NCBI GenBank assembly: GCA_037381445.1
Contig: JARRQT010000002.1
Span: forward strand, 1-37,049
Direction of reading: 5' to 3'
DNA length: 37,049 bases
Source of the DNA: Calditrichia bacterium
GTDB taxonomy: Bacteria; Calditrichota; Calditrichia; RBG-13-44-9
Within the stretch, counting starts at the first letter, position 1. Every line of letters begins with the position of its first letter. Made by a program: the position numbers and the translations under genes. Positions 18,467 to 26,598 of this stretch are shown piece after piece. The notes below the pieces were generated by a model. That model worked only from the letters and a program-made list of their open reading frames with translations, was not told the origin of the DNA and did not search any database.

Positions 18467-19447
18467 GTGACATATAAGCAAGAGCTGAATGTGAATCCAC
18501 GGGAAAGTGAAAAAATAGACAATATTATAGAGGGACTCAGATCTGGAAACCATCGAATCCTGGCGCGGGCCATCAGCCTGGTTGAAAATGGGGATGCTAT
18601 CGCAGATGCCATTTTGGACAGCATTTTCCCCCTTACCGGAAAAGCCATACGAATCGGCATTACCGGTCCTCCCGGAGCCGGGAAAAGCACGCTGACTTCC
18701 AAGATTGCCAAAGGGCTTCGCGGGAATGGCAAAACCATCGGTATTGTTGCTGTCGATCCCACCAGCCCGTTCAGCGGGGGCGCAGTATTGGGCGACCGCA
18801 TCCGGATGAGCGAATTGGCAGGATATCCGGACATTTTTATTCGCAGCATGGCGACACGGGGAAGCCTTGGAGGGCTCTCCAAAACTGCGCAGGAAGTTGC
18901 GGATCTGATGGATGCTGCCGGCATGGATATAATCATTTTTGAAACGGTGGGAGTAGGGCAGGGCGAATTGGATGTCGCCAGGGCCACCGACAGCACCATC
19001 GTGGTGCTCGTTCCCGAATCCGGGGACAGCATACAGGCCATGAAGGCAGGTTTAATGGAGATTGCCGATATCTTCGTCATCAACAAAGCGGATCGGGAGG
19101 GCGCGGAAAAGATAAAAATTGAACTGGAATTGATGCTGGATCTGCGGTCTTCGAACAGCCAGTGGAAACCTGTGATTCTGAAAACCATCGCAAATCAGGC
19201 CCAAGGTATAGAGGAAGTTATCATCTCACTGGAAAAACATCGCAAATCTTTAATTAGCGAAGGTATTCTGAAAGATAAGCGGCACCAGAGAGCGCTGGAA
19301 AAAATACGTCAAATGGTTCGTATTGAGCTGGAAGAAAATTTCTGGAGTCCCGGCCGGGAGGCACATCTCAGTCAAAATATATCGAAGGTTTTGGATCACC
19401 GCCTATCTCCCCACAATTTGGTTGAAGAATTGATTCATAAATATTAG
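18467..19447 (+). CDS. meaB: methylmalonyl-CoA mutase-associated GTPase MeaB
   Basis: LARAISLVE, GITGPPGAGKST, AVDPTSPFSGGAVLGDRIRM, ETVGVGQ, GDSIQAMKAGLMEIAD, NKAD. Confidence 0.95.
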   Translation: MTYKQELNVNPRESEKIDNIIEGLRSGNHRILARAISLVENGDAIADAILDSIFPLTGKAIRIGITGPPGAGKSTLTSKIAKGLRGNGKTIGIVAVDPTSPFSGGAVLGDRIRMSELAGYPDIFIRSMATRGSLGGLSKTAQEVADLMDAAGMDIIIFETVGVGQGELDVARATDSTIVVLVPESGDSIQAMKAGLMEIADIFVINKADREGAEKIKIELELMLDLRSSNSQWKPVILKTIANQAQGIEEVIISLEKHRKSLISEGILKDKRHQRALEKIRQMVRIELEENFWSPGREAHLSQNISKVLDHRLSPHNLVEELIHKY

Positions 19448-19714
19448 AAATCCATCGATCTATATCTCATGGGAATCGGCAAATTCTCCCAATCTCATGA
19501 ATGCAAAGATGGGTATGGCACTCATTTGTCGATAGTCATCGGGCATGGTTTGGGTCTAAAGCGTGAAATAGGCAACGATTGAAAACGAAGCCCTTTTAGG
19601 GATTGTATTCAAATAAATCCGGATCAGCCGATAATGGGATCAGGCAGAGGAAACATCGATTTGCCTTGAATAAGATTTCAGAAATTATTAACTTATGATC
19701 TATTTGGTGGGATT

Positions 19715-19954
19715 ATGAAAAACAAACGCAAACTGGTTGGGCGCCGCTTTGATGATTTTGTTCAGCACGATATTTTGCTGGAGCTGAGCACCGCTGAAAA
19801 AATCTGGCATAATTTAATTACGGACATCCGCTATCAGTCTATTCTGGACAGGCGGCGAGTGATCCGTCGCCAGGAGGAGAATCCAAACAGATCCGGAGAT
19901 GAAATATTTAAGCCGCTGACAGCGCTCTATTATCACCTCGCCGGCAAATTTTGA
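19715..19954 (+). CDS. hypothetical protein (79 aa)
   Basis: ATG ORF with GGTGGG upstream filling an otherwise empty gap; no recognised family. Confidence 0.5.
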   Translation: MKNKRKLVGRRFDDFVQHDILLELSTAEKIWHNLITDIRYQSILDRRRVIRRQEENPNRSGDEIFKPLTALYYHLAGKF

Positions 19955-20130
19955 ATCTTACAAAAGGTATCTATTCTTGACAAAATTCCTGGCTGGAAGA
20001 TTCCCTTATCATGTATAAAAGAAACCTTCAAAAGCGGAAACTTTTAAAATGGGATTGCGTTTCAACTACTCAAAAACACATTGAAAAAATTGAAAGCAGA
20101 AAATTTGCATCTCAGATAAAGGAAGTTGTA

Positions 20131-20931
20131 GTGTTCAGAAAAATTTTGATAACAGTTTTGCTCGTCAGTTTTGTTACCGCTGCCTTTGCACTGAAAAAGG
20201 TTGATTATGTGCCGGCAGAGGTCTATCACAAAGGTGAGGAGCTGGTTTATAAAGTGAAGTGGACATTCATTCGCGTCGGAACCCTTCGCCTGATAAATGA
20301 AGGGTTGGTGCGATATAAAGGCAATCAATACTATAAATTGAAAATATATATTGACTCTGCGGATGGTATTCCGTTTGTCACCATTCATGATGAATATGAA
20401 AGTCTGGTGGACAGCAATTCAGTGCCGGTGGTTTTCCACGCCAGGGAAAACAAAGGAGATTATGTTCTGAAAACCGATTACACATTCGATCGGAATAAAA
20501 AGGAAATCTTGGTAGAGGTGAGCAAGGACTACCCCGACCGGATAATCATTACCCAGCACGAGACTGTCCCCATGGATACCACCTATCGCGATGTGCTTTC
20601 CCTGCTTTATTATGCCAGGCAGATGTCGGGTGAGCATGAGCAAAATATTGCGATACCCACTTTTGTGCTTACTGGCCGGGACTCCTGCTATTTTCATCAG
20701 GTTGGCGAAGTTCAGCAGGTTGATTTCGGCGGGAAGGATGCGGAAAGCTATTATGTGGAAGGCAAGGTAAAATTTATCGGGATTGCCGGGATTAAAGACG
20801 ATTTTGAGGGCTGGTTTTCGGTCGATTCACAGAGAGTTCCCCTCAAGGCTAAAATGAAGGCATTTTTCGGTTCGGTCACCATAGAACTGGAAGATTCACA
20901 GAACTGGATAGCCAATAACCACAGCCACTAG
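20131..20931 (+). CDS. exported DUF3108-like protein
   Basis: GTG start after AAGGAAG; signal peptide (FRKILITVLLVSFVTAAFA); GEELVYKVKW, DVLSLLYYAR, WFSVDSQRVPLK. Confidence 0.75.
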   Translation: MFRKILITVLLVSFVTAAFALKKVDYVPAEVYHKGEELVYKVKWTFIRVGTLRLINEGLVRYKGNQYYKLKIYIDSADGIPFVTIHDEYESLVDSNSVPVVFHARENKGDYVLKTDYTFDRNKKEILVEVSKDYPDRIIITQHETVPMDTTYRDVLSLLYYARQMSGEHEQNIAIPTFVLTGRDSCYFHQVGEVQQVDFGGKDAESYYVEGKVKFIGIAGIKDDFEGWFSVDSQRVPLKAKMKAFFGSVTIELEDSQNWIANNHSH

Positions 20932-21158
20932 AAGGCGGCGATTTCATTCCTTCCATTCGGGGGATAAAAAACATCTTTTAAATTGAGTAAGAAAATATTT
21001 TTAATGAAATCTGCAACTATTTCATTCTTACATACTCTCAATATTTTAAAATGGTGCTATTAATTCCAAGTGCCGGATCGTATTTTATATTCGGGAAAAA
21101 CTGATAGATTTATTTATCAAAATATTATATATTATGTTTTAATCAATGAGTATCGGGA

Positions 21159-22412
21159 ATGAGTTCGAAAATTCAGAAACAAAAAAAGATTTTTACCTTG
21201 CTAAATTCAAAATTTTCGTCCCTTGCCGAGGAATCTGCCTCACATGTTTCTCAAATTCTGGAGGATGAACCGGAAAATTCCCTTAAAAACAGTCAGTATC
21301 GTCTTATTGATAAAGTATATAATTTTTATAAAAGTATCATACAAAATATTAACGGTGGTCTTATCACCCTGGATCTGGAGGGGGAGATCACATTTGTCAA
21401 TCGTATTGCGGCTCAGAAGCTGGGCTATCTGATAAACGAACTTCTGGGGAAAAACATTAGCGATCTGTTTGGAGAGGACGATGATTCCCAAAAAATCCTG
21501 CGCATGCTTTTTGTGCCGGGTAAACGAATAGATGAAAAGGAAGTCAGTTTTCTTCAGAAGGACGGAGGCCGCATTATCGTTGGTCTGACCACCTCTCCCA
21601 TTCATGATGAGGATAACCAATTCGATGGCATCGTGCTTCTGTTCCGGGATGTAACGGAAGTCTCTCATCTTAAATTACAGATCGAACGCATGGAGCGTCT
21701 CGCGCTGCTGGGAGAACTGTCTGCCGGGATCGCCCACGAAATCCGGAATCCGCTGGCGGGAATAAAAGCTGCGGCCCAGGTATTGGAAGAAACTTTTGCA
21801 GAAGAAGACAAACGGGTTCAGATTGTTGAGCGCATCGTGCGTGAAGTGGACAAAGCCAATCGTTTGCTAACGGAATTTTTTAAGTTCGCGCGACCCACTA
21901 AACCCAAACTCAATTTTTACGATCTGGATATGATCATTGACGGAGTCTATCTCTTGCTGGCTCCCAAAATGTTAAAGAGAAACATAGAATTTTCAACGGG
22001 ATTTGGCAAAGGCGTTCCTCGTGCATACATAGATGAAACGCAGTTAGAGCAGGTTTTTATAAATATATTTCTGAATGCGATTGATTCCATGCCAAAAGGA
22101 GGGAGTCTGAAAATCGTAACCTCTGCCAAAAAATTTCATGTTTTGGATAATGAAAAGGAAAAGCTTGCCGTTAATAATAATGAATTAAATTATGCTCTGG
22201 TTGAAATTTCAGACACTGGAATTGGTATTTCGAGAGATAATTTGGAGAAAATATTTAATCCCTTTTTCACCAGTAAGGCTGAGGGCCTGGGATTGGGTTT
22301 GTCAATTTGCAGCAGGTTGATTGAAGAAAACGGCGGGAAAATTGACGTCGTCAGCGAAGAAGGTAAGGGAACCACTTTTATTTTAGCACTCCCTGCTTTT
22401 ATCCACAAGTAA
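21159..22412 (+). CDS. cytoplasmic PAS sensor histidine kinase (NtrB/AtoS-like)
   Basis: PAS, H-box LSAGIAHEIRNPL, N-box QVFINIFLNA, DTGIGI, FNPFFTSK, GLGLGL; no TM segment. Confidence 0.95.
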   Translation: MSSKIQKQKKIFTLLNSKFSSLAEESASHVSQILEDEPENSLKNSQYRLIDKVYNFYKSIIQNINGGLITLDLEGEITFVNRIAAQKLGYLINELLGKNISDLFGEDDDSQKILRMLFVPGKRIDEKEVSFLQKDGGRIIVGLTTSPIHDEDNQFDGIVLLFRDVTEVSHLKLQIERMERLALLGELSAGIAHEIRNPLAGIKAAAQVLEETFAEEDKRVQIVERIVREVDKANRLLTEFFKFARPTKPKLNFYDLDMIIDGVYLLLAPKMLKRNIEFSTGFGKGVPRAYIDETQLEQVFINIFLNAIDSMPKGGSLKIVTSAKKFHVLDNEKEKLAVNNNELNYALVEISDTGIGISRDNLEKIFNPFFTSKAEGLGLGLSICSRLIEENGGKIDVVSEEGKGTTFILALPAFIHK

Positions 22413-22442
22413 AGAACCAAAACCATCAAAAGAGGAGTGAGG

Positions 22443-22814
22443 ATGAGTAAGGTAAAAAGATTACTCATTGTGGATGATGAGGAAACGCTTACATTCAGTC
22501 TTTATCAAACATTTATAAATGCTCCTATGGAATGCGAGGTTCTCACGGCTGCTTCTGGACTCGAAGCGGTTTCGAAGGTTGAGGAAAAACCGTTCGATGT
22601 GGTGATAACAGACATCAAAATGCCCGGCCTTGATGGTCTGGATCTGGTGGCGATGATAAAAGCACACAATCCCAACACGCGGGTAATTGTCATGACTGCT
22701 TATGGAAGTGACGAAAGAGAGGAGCAGGCGTATCAGCGGGGAGCGGAAAAATATATTGAAAAACCATTCGATATTCATGAGATTCGGGATTTAGTCATTA
22801 AAATGATAAGCTGA
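22443..22814 (+). CDS. stand-alone response regulator receiver
   Basis: LIVDDE, ITDIKMP, MTAYG, KPF; GAGGAG RBS. Confidence 0.93.
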   Translation: MSKVKRLLIVDDEETLTFSLYQTFINAPMECEVLTAASGLEAVSKVEEKPFDVVITDIKMPGLDGLDLVAMIKAHNPNTRVIVMTAYGSDEREEQAYQRGAEKYIEKPFDIHEIRDLVIKMIS

Positions 22815-22816
22815 TT

Positions 22817-23470
22817 ATGGTTCTGGTCGGAAACTTAAAAGATTTACGGTTGGCGAATATCATCCAGATCAATTGTATCGAACGGAATGTTGCCAAAGTA
22901 ACCGTCTCATCTGTCGAGAGGGAAGGCTATCTCTATTTTTCCGACGGCCAGATTGTTCACGCCGAATTCAATCCCTATATCGGAGAGAGAGCGGTCCAGG
23001 AGATGCTCGGCCTGACCGACGGCCAGTTTAAGGCGGAAGCAGGCATCCAGGCGCCGGCTCATACCATAACCCGTCCATGGAACTCAGTTGTACTGGAAGC
23101 ATTGCGCCTGGTCGATGAAAAAACACAGCAGGTCACTCCTGTCTCCAAACAAATTTTTTCATTTATTTCCGAACAAAAGGGAGTGAAAAATGTGTGTGTT
23201 CTGGATTATCACGGCAAATTGATTGAAGGGAAATTGAATAATAAAATCAGCCCTGTATCTATCGTTTTCTGGTGGTATAAGGTAAAAAAACTGGTCACTT
23301 TGTTTTACACGGATTTCTTCAGCTATACTTATCTGCGAAATCAAACCGAATATCTGTTTCTTTTTGAGGTTCGCCCCAACTTGATTGTTATTGAAACAGA
23401 TTTGTACGTAATATCGAGCGAGTTTGTCATGCAGATTAAGAAAATTCTGAAACGGATCGCATCAAACTGA
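22817..23470 (+). CDS. DUF4388 (PatA-N-like) domain protein with roadblock-like C-terminus
   Basis: GNLKDLRLANIIQ...GYLYFSDGQIVHA...GERAV...GQF...VLEALRLVDE, then EQKGVKNVCVLDYHGKLI. Confidence 0.8.
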   Translation: MVLVGNLKDLRLANIIQINCIERNVAKVTVSSVEREGYLYFSDGQIVHAEFNPYIGERAVQEMLGLTDGQFKAEAGIQAPAHTITRPWNSVVLEALRLVDEKTQQVTPVSKQIFSFISEQKGVKNVCVLDYHGKLIEGKLNNKISPVSIVFWWYKVKKLVTLFYTDFFSYTYLRNQTEYLFLFEVRPNLIVIETDLYVISSEFVMQIKKILKRIASN

Positions 23471-23549
23471 TGTGAAATTGCGATTTTGATCTGAAACAGA
23501 GAAGTTCAGGATACTCTAAGCTTTATTGTGGTTTCGGGACTGGCAAAAA

Positions 23550-24005
23550 ATGATAAAAGATTATTTACATGATTTAACATCTGTTGAAGGAGTTGAGGGG
23601 GTCGTCATTATTCGCAAGGACAACACCGTCCTTGACAGCTGGTCTGCCCCCAATTTCAATACCAACCTGTTTGAGGATGTCTCACTGCATTTTCATCAGA
23701 TTTTCGAATTATTCGACCGGGACGATCTGGAATATCAGGAAAATGTGGTCTCTTATGAAAAGGGGCAGGTATACGCCAGAAATTTGCCTCAATTTCTTTT
23801 GCTGATATTTGCCCGTTTTAAGGTGGATATCTCTGCCCTCAGATTGATTGTCAATGTAGGTTTGGCAGAACTTTTCGATTCGAAGAAAATGCAAAAAATG
23901 CTGAAAAAAATCCCCATCGGGAATCACAGTGTTCTGAAAAGGGAATTTCTGGATGATGTGGAACAGGGATATCTGGCCAAAATTTCTGAATTAAAGAAAT
24001 TTTAG
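23550..24005 (+). CDS. roadblock/LC7-like protein
   Basis: LHDLTSVEGVEGVVII...VSYEKGQVYAR...LLLIFA...DISALRLIVNV pattern. ORF opens at 23526. Confidence 0.65.
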   Translation: MIKDYLHDLTSVEGVEGVVIIRKDNTVLDSWSAPNFNTNLFEDVSLHFHQIFELFDRDDLEYQENVVSYEKGQVYARNLPQFLLLIFARFKVDISALRLIVNVGLAELFDSKKMQKMLKKIPIGNHSVLKREFLDDVEQGYLAKISELKKF

Positions 24006-24051
24006 TAATTGGCAAACAAAACACATTAATTTGTTGCGGGCCAAAAAAATT

Positions 24052-24531
24052 ATGACTGTTACTGAAATAACTGAAAATATGGTTTTCCGCCTGAGCAGCC
24101 AGCGCTCTCCCCAGCAGGTCAAATTGCTGCACCTGGAATGGGCGGTGGTCACCCAACTGGATGGAGAGAAAACGGTGGGTGAGATCTCCGATATCCTGGC
24201 CCTGAGCAAAACCGAAATGAAGGATATTTTTAAAAATCTGCTGAAAGAAGGATTGCTTGAACTCGTTTCGGTTTCTCCGGACAATCTGTACCTCCAGCCG
24301 GGTTTATTTGTGGAGATTGAATATGAACTGACGACTCTGATGGGACCGGTTGCCAGCGTGCTTATCGAGGAAGTTTTACAGAGCATGAGAAAATCCCGCG
24401 ATCAGTTCGAAAAAAACGCCCTGGCTTCCCTGATCGATTTACTTTCAAGTCATATCAACGATGCTGAAAAACAGATTGAATTTCAAAGAAATATTTATCC
24501 TAAAATTAAACCTTATATTGTGAAATTATGA
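24052..24531 (+). CDS. winged-helix plus GPxA helical domain protein
   Basis: EWAVVTQLDGEKTVGEISDIL...LLKEGLLELV (wHTH of the type that follows DUF4388), then LMGPVASVLIEE...LIDLLSSHI. Confidence 0.65.
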   Translation: MTVTEITENMVFRLSSQRSPQQVKLLHLEWAVVTQLDGEKTVGEISDILALSKTEMKDIFKNLLKEGLLELVSVSPDNLYLQPGLFVEIEYELTTLMGPVASVLIEEVLQSMRKSRDQFEKNALASLIDLLSSHINDAEKQIEFQRNIYPKIKPYIVKL

Positions 24532-25283
24532 AAAAATCAAATTACATCAGTTTGCGCTGGAAAATCGGAGCGTCCATTTTAATTGGTACTTTTCTGTTCA
24601 GTCTGGTTATTCTGACCATAACTTACCGATATGTAAACAAAATACTGACGGAATCTCTCATTGAACAGGGGCGTATTGTGGCTGCCAATATATCTGAACT
24701 GGCTGCCGAAAAATTAATAGAGGACGATATTGTCTCTCTGAAATCTATTATTGAAAAATATAAATACTATTCAAATATTCAATATATTCTTATTGAAGAT
24801 TTTAATAATCAGATAAAAACGGATACCTACAACGGAGATGTCCCCAGAGAAATTGTTGAAGGTCATGTTTTTAAAGAAGCTGACGATAATAAGAGCTATC
24901 AGGTTCAGAAGATTACTATTGCTTCTGAAAATACAAAAGTATATGATATTCTAGAACCTATTAAGGAAGGATTACTGGGATTCGTTCGGGTGGGGATGCG
25001 TCAGTCATATATTGAGAGTCATTTAAAAAGCACTATCCTTTTTTTGGGTATGGTATTTTTGGGAGGAACATTTTTAGCTATTATTTTGGCGATATTTATT
25101 GTTACATTGCAAATTACGAGGCCGATTTCATACTTAACTGATATGGCCTATAAAATCAGCATGGGGGATTTTAACACCCCAGTGCGGGTTGCCGTTAAAA
25201 ATGAGATCGGGATTTTGTCGGAAGCGATCGAGAGAATGCGGGAAAGTCTAAAAACATCGATTGAACGCTTAAGAAAACATTGA
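24528..25283 (+). CDS. two-TM membrane sensor with terminal HAMP and no output domain
   Basis: TM1 (IGASILIGTFLFSLVIL), about 135-aa loop, TM2, HAMP ITRPI...ISMGDF...NEIGILSEAIERMRESL, then stop. ATGA overlap with the upstream gene. Confidence 0.85.
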   Translation: MKKSNYISLRWKIGASILIGTFLFSLVILTITYRYVNKILTESLIEQGRIVAANISELAAEKLIEDDIVSLKSIIEKYKYYSNIQYILIEDFNNQIKTDTYNGDVPREIVEGHVFKEADDNKSYQVQKITIASENTKVYDILEPIKEGLLGFVRVGMRQSYIESHLKSTILFLGMVFLGGTFLAIILAIFIVTLQITRPISYLTDMAYKISMGDFNTPVRVAVKNEIGILSEAIERMRESLKTSIERLRKH

Positions 25284-25330
25284 TTTGTCCGAAAATAAAA
25301 ATGTGATTTAAATGTGAGGAGGGCCCGTAT

Positions 25331-25840
25331 ATGGTGCAGGTTAAAAAATTAAAAGATGGTAGCCGTCAGCTAATTTTAACCGCCCAGCAGTTTGATGAGA
25401 TCACCAAGGTTTTGTCGGAGCTGGCCGCCAAAACCAAGGCCTCAACAATTTTACTTGCCGATATCAGCGGACAACTTATCACGCAGCGGGGGAATACCGA
25501 AGATATTAATACGGCGATTCTAAGCGCCCTGGCTGCCAGTGATTTTGCCGCGACTTCGGAAATGGCCAAGCTGGTAGGGGAGGATGCGAAATTCAAGCTG
25601 CTGTTCCACGAGGGCGAGAAGCGAAACGTATATCTTTCAAATATCGGGGATAATTTTTTTCTGGTGGTGGTATTTGATGTCAGCGTGACGCTTGGTCTTG
25701 TCCGCATCTATACCAAAAAAGCGATTCAAAGTTTGCTGAAAATCTTTGAAGAAACAGAGGAAGGGGATGATGCCAGCAAAATTATTGATAATGATTTTTC
25801 CAGTATGCTGGGTGACATGTTAGATGAATCTTTTAAATAG
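25331..25840 (+). CDS. mglB: MglB-type roadblock/LC7 GTPase-activating protein
   Basis: LADISGQLI, LSALAASDFAATSEMAKLVGE, FHEGEKRNVY, LVVVFD..VTLGLVR; immediately upstream of mglA; GAGGAGG RBS. Confidence 0.88.
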   Translation: MVQVKKLKDGSRQLILTAQQFDEITKVLSELAAKTKASTILLADISGQLITQRGNTEDINTAILSALAASDFAATSEMAKLVGEDAKFKLLFHEGEKRNVYLSNIGDNFFLVVVFDVSVTLGLVRIYTKKAIQSLLKIFEETEEGDDASKIIDNDFSSMLGDMLDESFK

Positions 25841-25881
25841 GGAGAAGTTAAGTTAATTTAACAAACTAATGAGGATGCGGG

Positions 25882-26466
25882 ATGTTTATTAATTGGGCAT
25901 TGCAGGAAATCAATTTGAAAATCGTTTATTATGGCCCCGGTATGAGCGGCAAAACCACCAATCTGGAATATATCCATTCGAAATTGGACCCCTCATTAAC
26001 AGGTGAACTGGTTACTTTGAAAACAAAGGAAGACCGTACCATATTTTTTGATTTTATGCAAATTGAAGTAGGAAGAATCAAAGGGAAGAAACCAAAATTT
26101 AATCTTTATACGGTTCCCGGTCAGGTTTATTATGCCTCTAGCCGTAAAATTATTCTCAACGGTGTGGATGGAATCGTGTTTGTGGCTGATTCTCAGCGGG
26201 ACAGAATGGAAGGCAATATTGAAACGTTGCTGGATCTGGAAAAGAATCTGATGGCTTCGGGATTCTCGCTGGAAAATTTCCCGTGGGTTATCCAATATAA
26301 TAAACGTGATTTGCCCAATGCAGAATCCATGGCAATTTTGCAGAAAAAACTGAACTTCTTTGATGTTCCCCATTTTGAAGGAACTGCCATCAAGGGTGTG
26401 GGCGTTTTTGATACCCTGAAATCCATCATCAACCTTGTGGTTCAGCACGTTCAAAAACAGCTGTAA
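25882..26466 (+). CDS. mglA: MglA small Ras-like GTPase
   Basis: KIVYYGPGMSGKTTN, EDRTIFFDF, LYTVPGQ, DGIVFVADS, QYNKRD. Confidence 0.93.
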   Translation: MFINWALQEINLKIVYYGPGMSGKTTNLEYIHSKLDPSLTGELVTLKTKEDRTIFFDFMQIEVGRIKGKKPKFNLYTVPGQVYYASSRKIILNGVDGIVFVADSQRDRMEGNIETLLDLEKNLMASGFSLENFPWVIQYNKRDLPNAESMAILQKKLNFFDVPHFEGTAIKGVGVFDTLKSIINLVVQHVQKQL

Positions 26467-26488
26467 TAATCCATAGATTTCAGAATGG

Positions 26489-26525
26489 CAGGCTTCCGGA
26501 AAATTGCGTCCGGAAGTCTTTTTTT
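26489..26525 (+). terminator. intrinsic terminator after mglA
   Basis: GGCTTCCGGA-loop-TCCGGAAGTC followed by T7. Confidence 0.7.
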
Positions 26526-26530
26526 GATCT

Positions 26531-26569
26531 AAAAAAGGCCGGTTCCCTGAAAAAAGAACCGGCCTTTTT
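26531..26569. terminator. bidirectional intrinsic terminator (pepT / mglA)
   Basis: AAAAAGGCCGGTTC-N10-GAACCGGCCTTTTT perfect inverted repeat. Confidence 0.82.
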
Positions 26570-26598
26570 GTCCTTATTACAATATTTCTGCCTTCCGG

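Noticed and set aside
18433..19188. 251-aa minus-strand ORF
   Set aside because: Antisense shadow of meaB.
19448..19714. Possible c-di-GMP-I riboswitch or other ncRNA (GGCAAA, GCAAAG, GGGTCTAAAG fragments; ATCTCATG twice)
   Set aside because: Spacing and pairing do not fit the two-stem model; an Rfam/Infernal scan would be needed.
20011..20130. N-terminal extension of the DUF3108-like ORF
   Set aside because: RBS and signal peptide indicate a start at GTG 20131.
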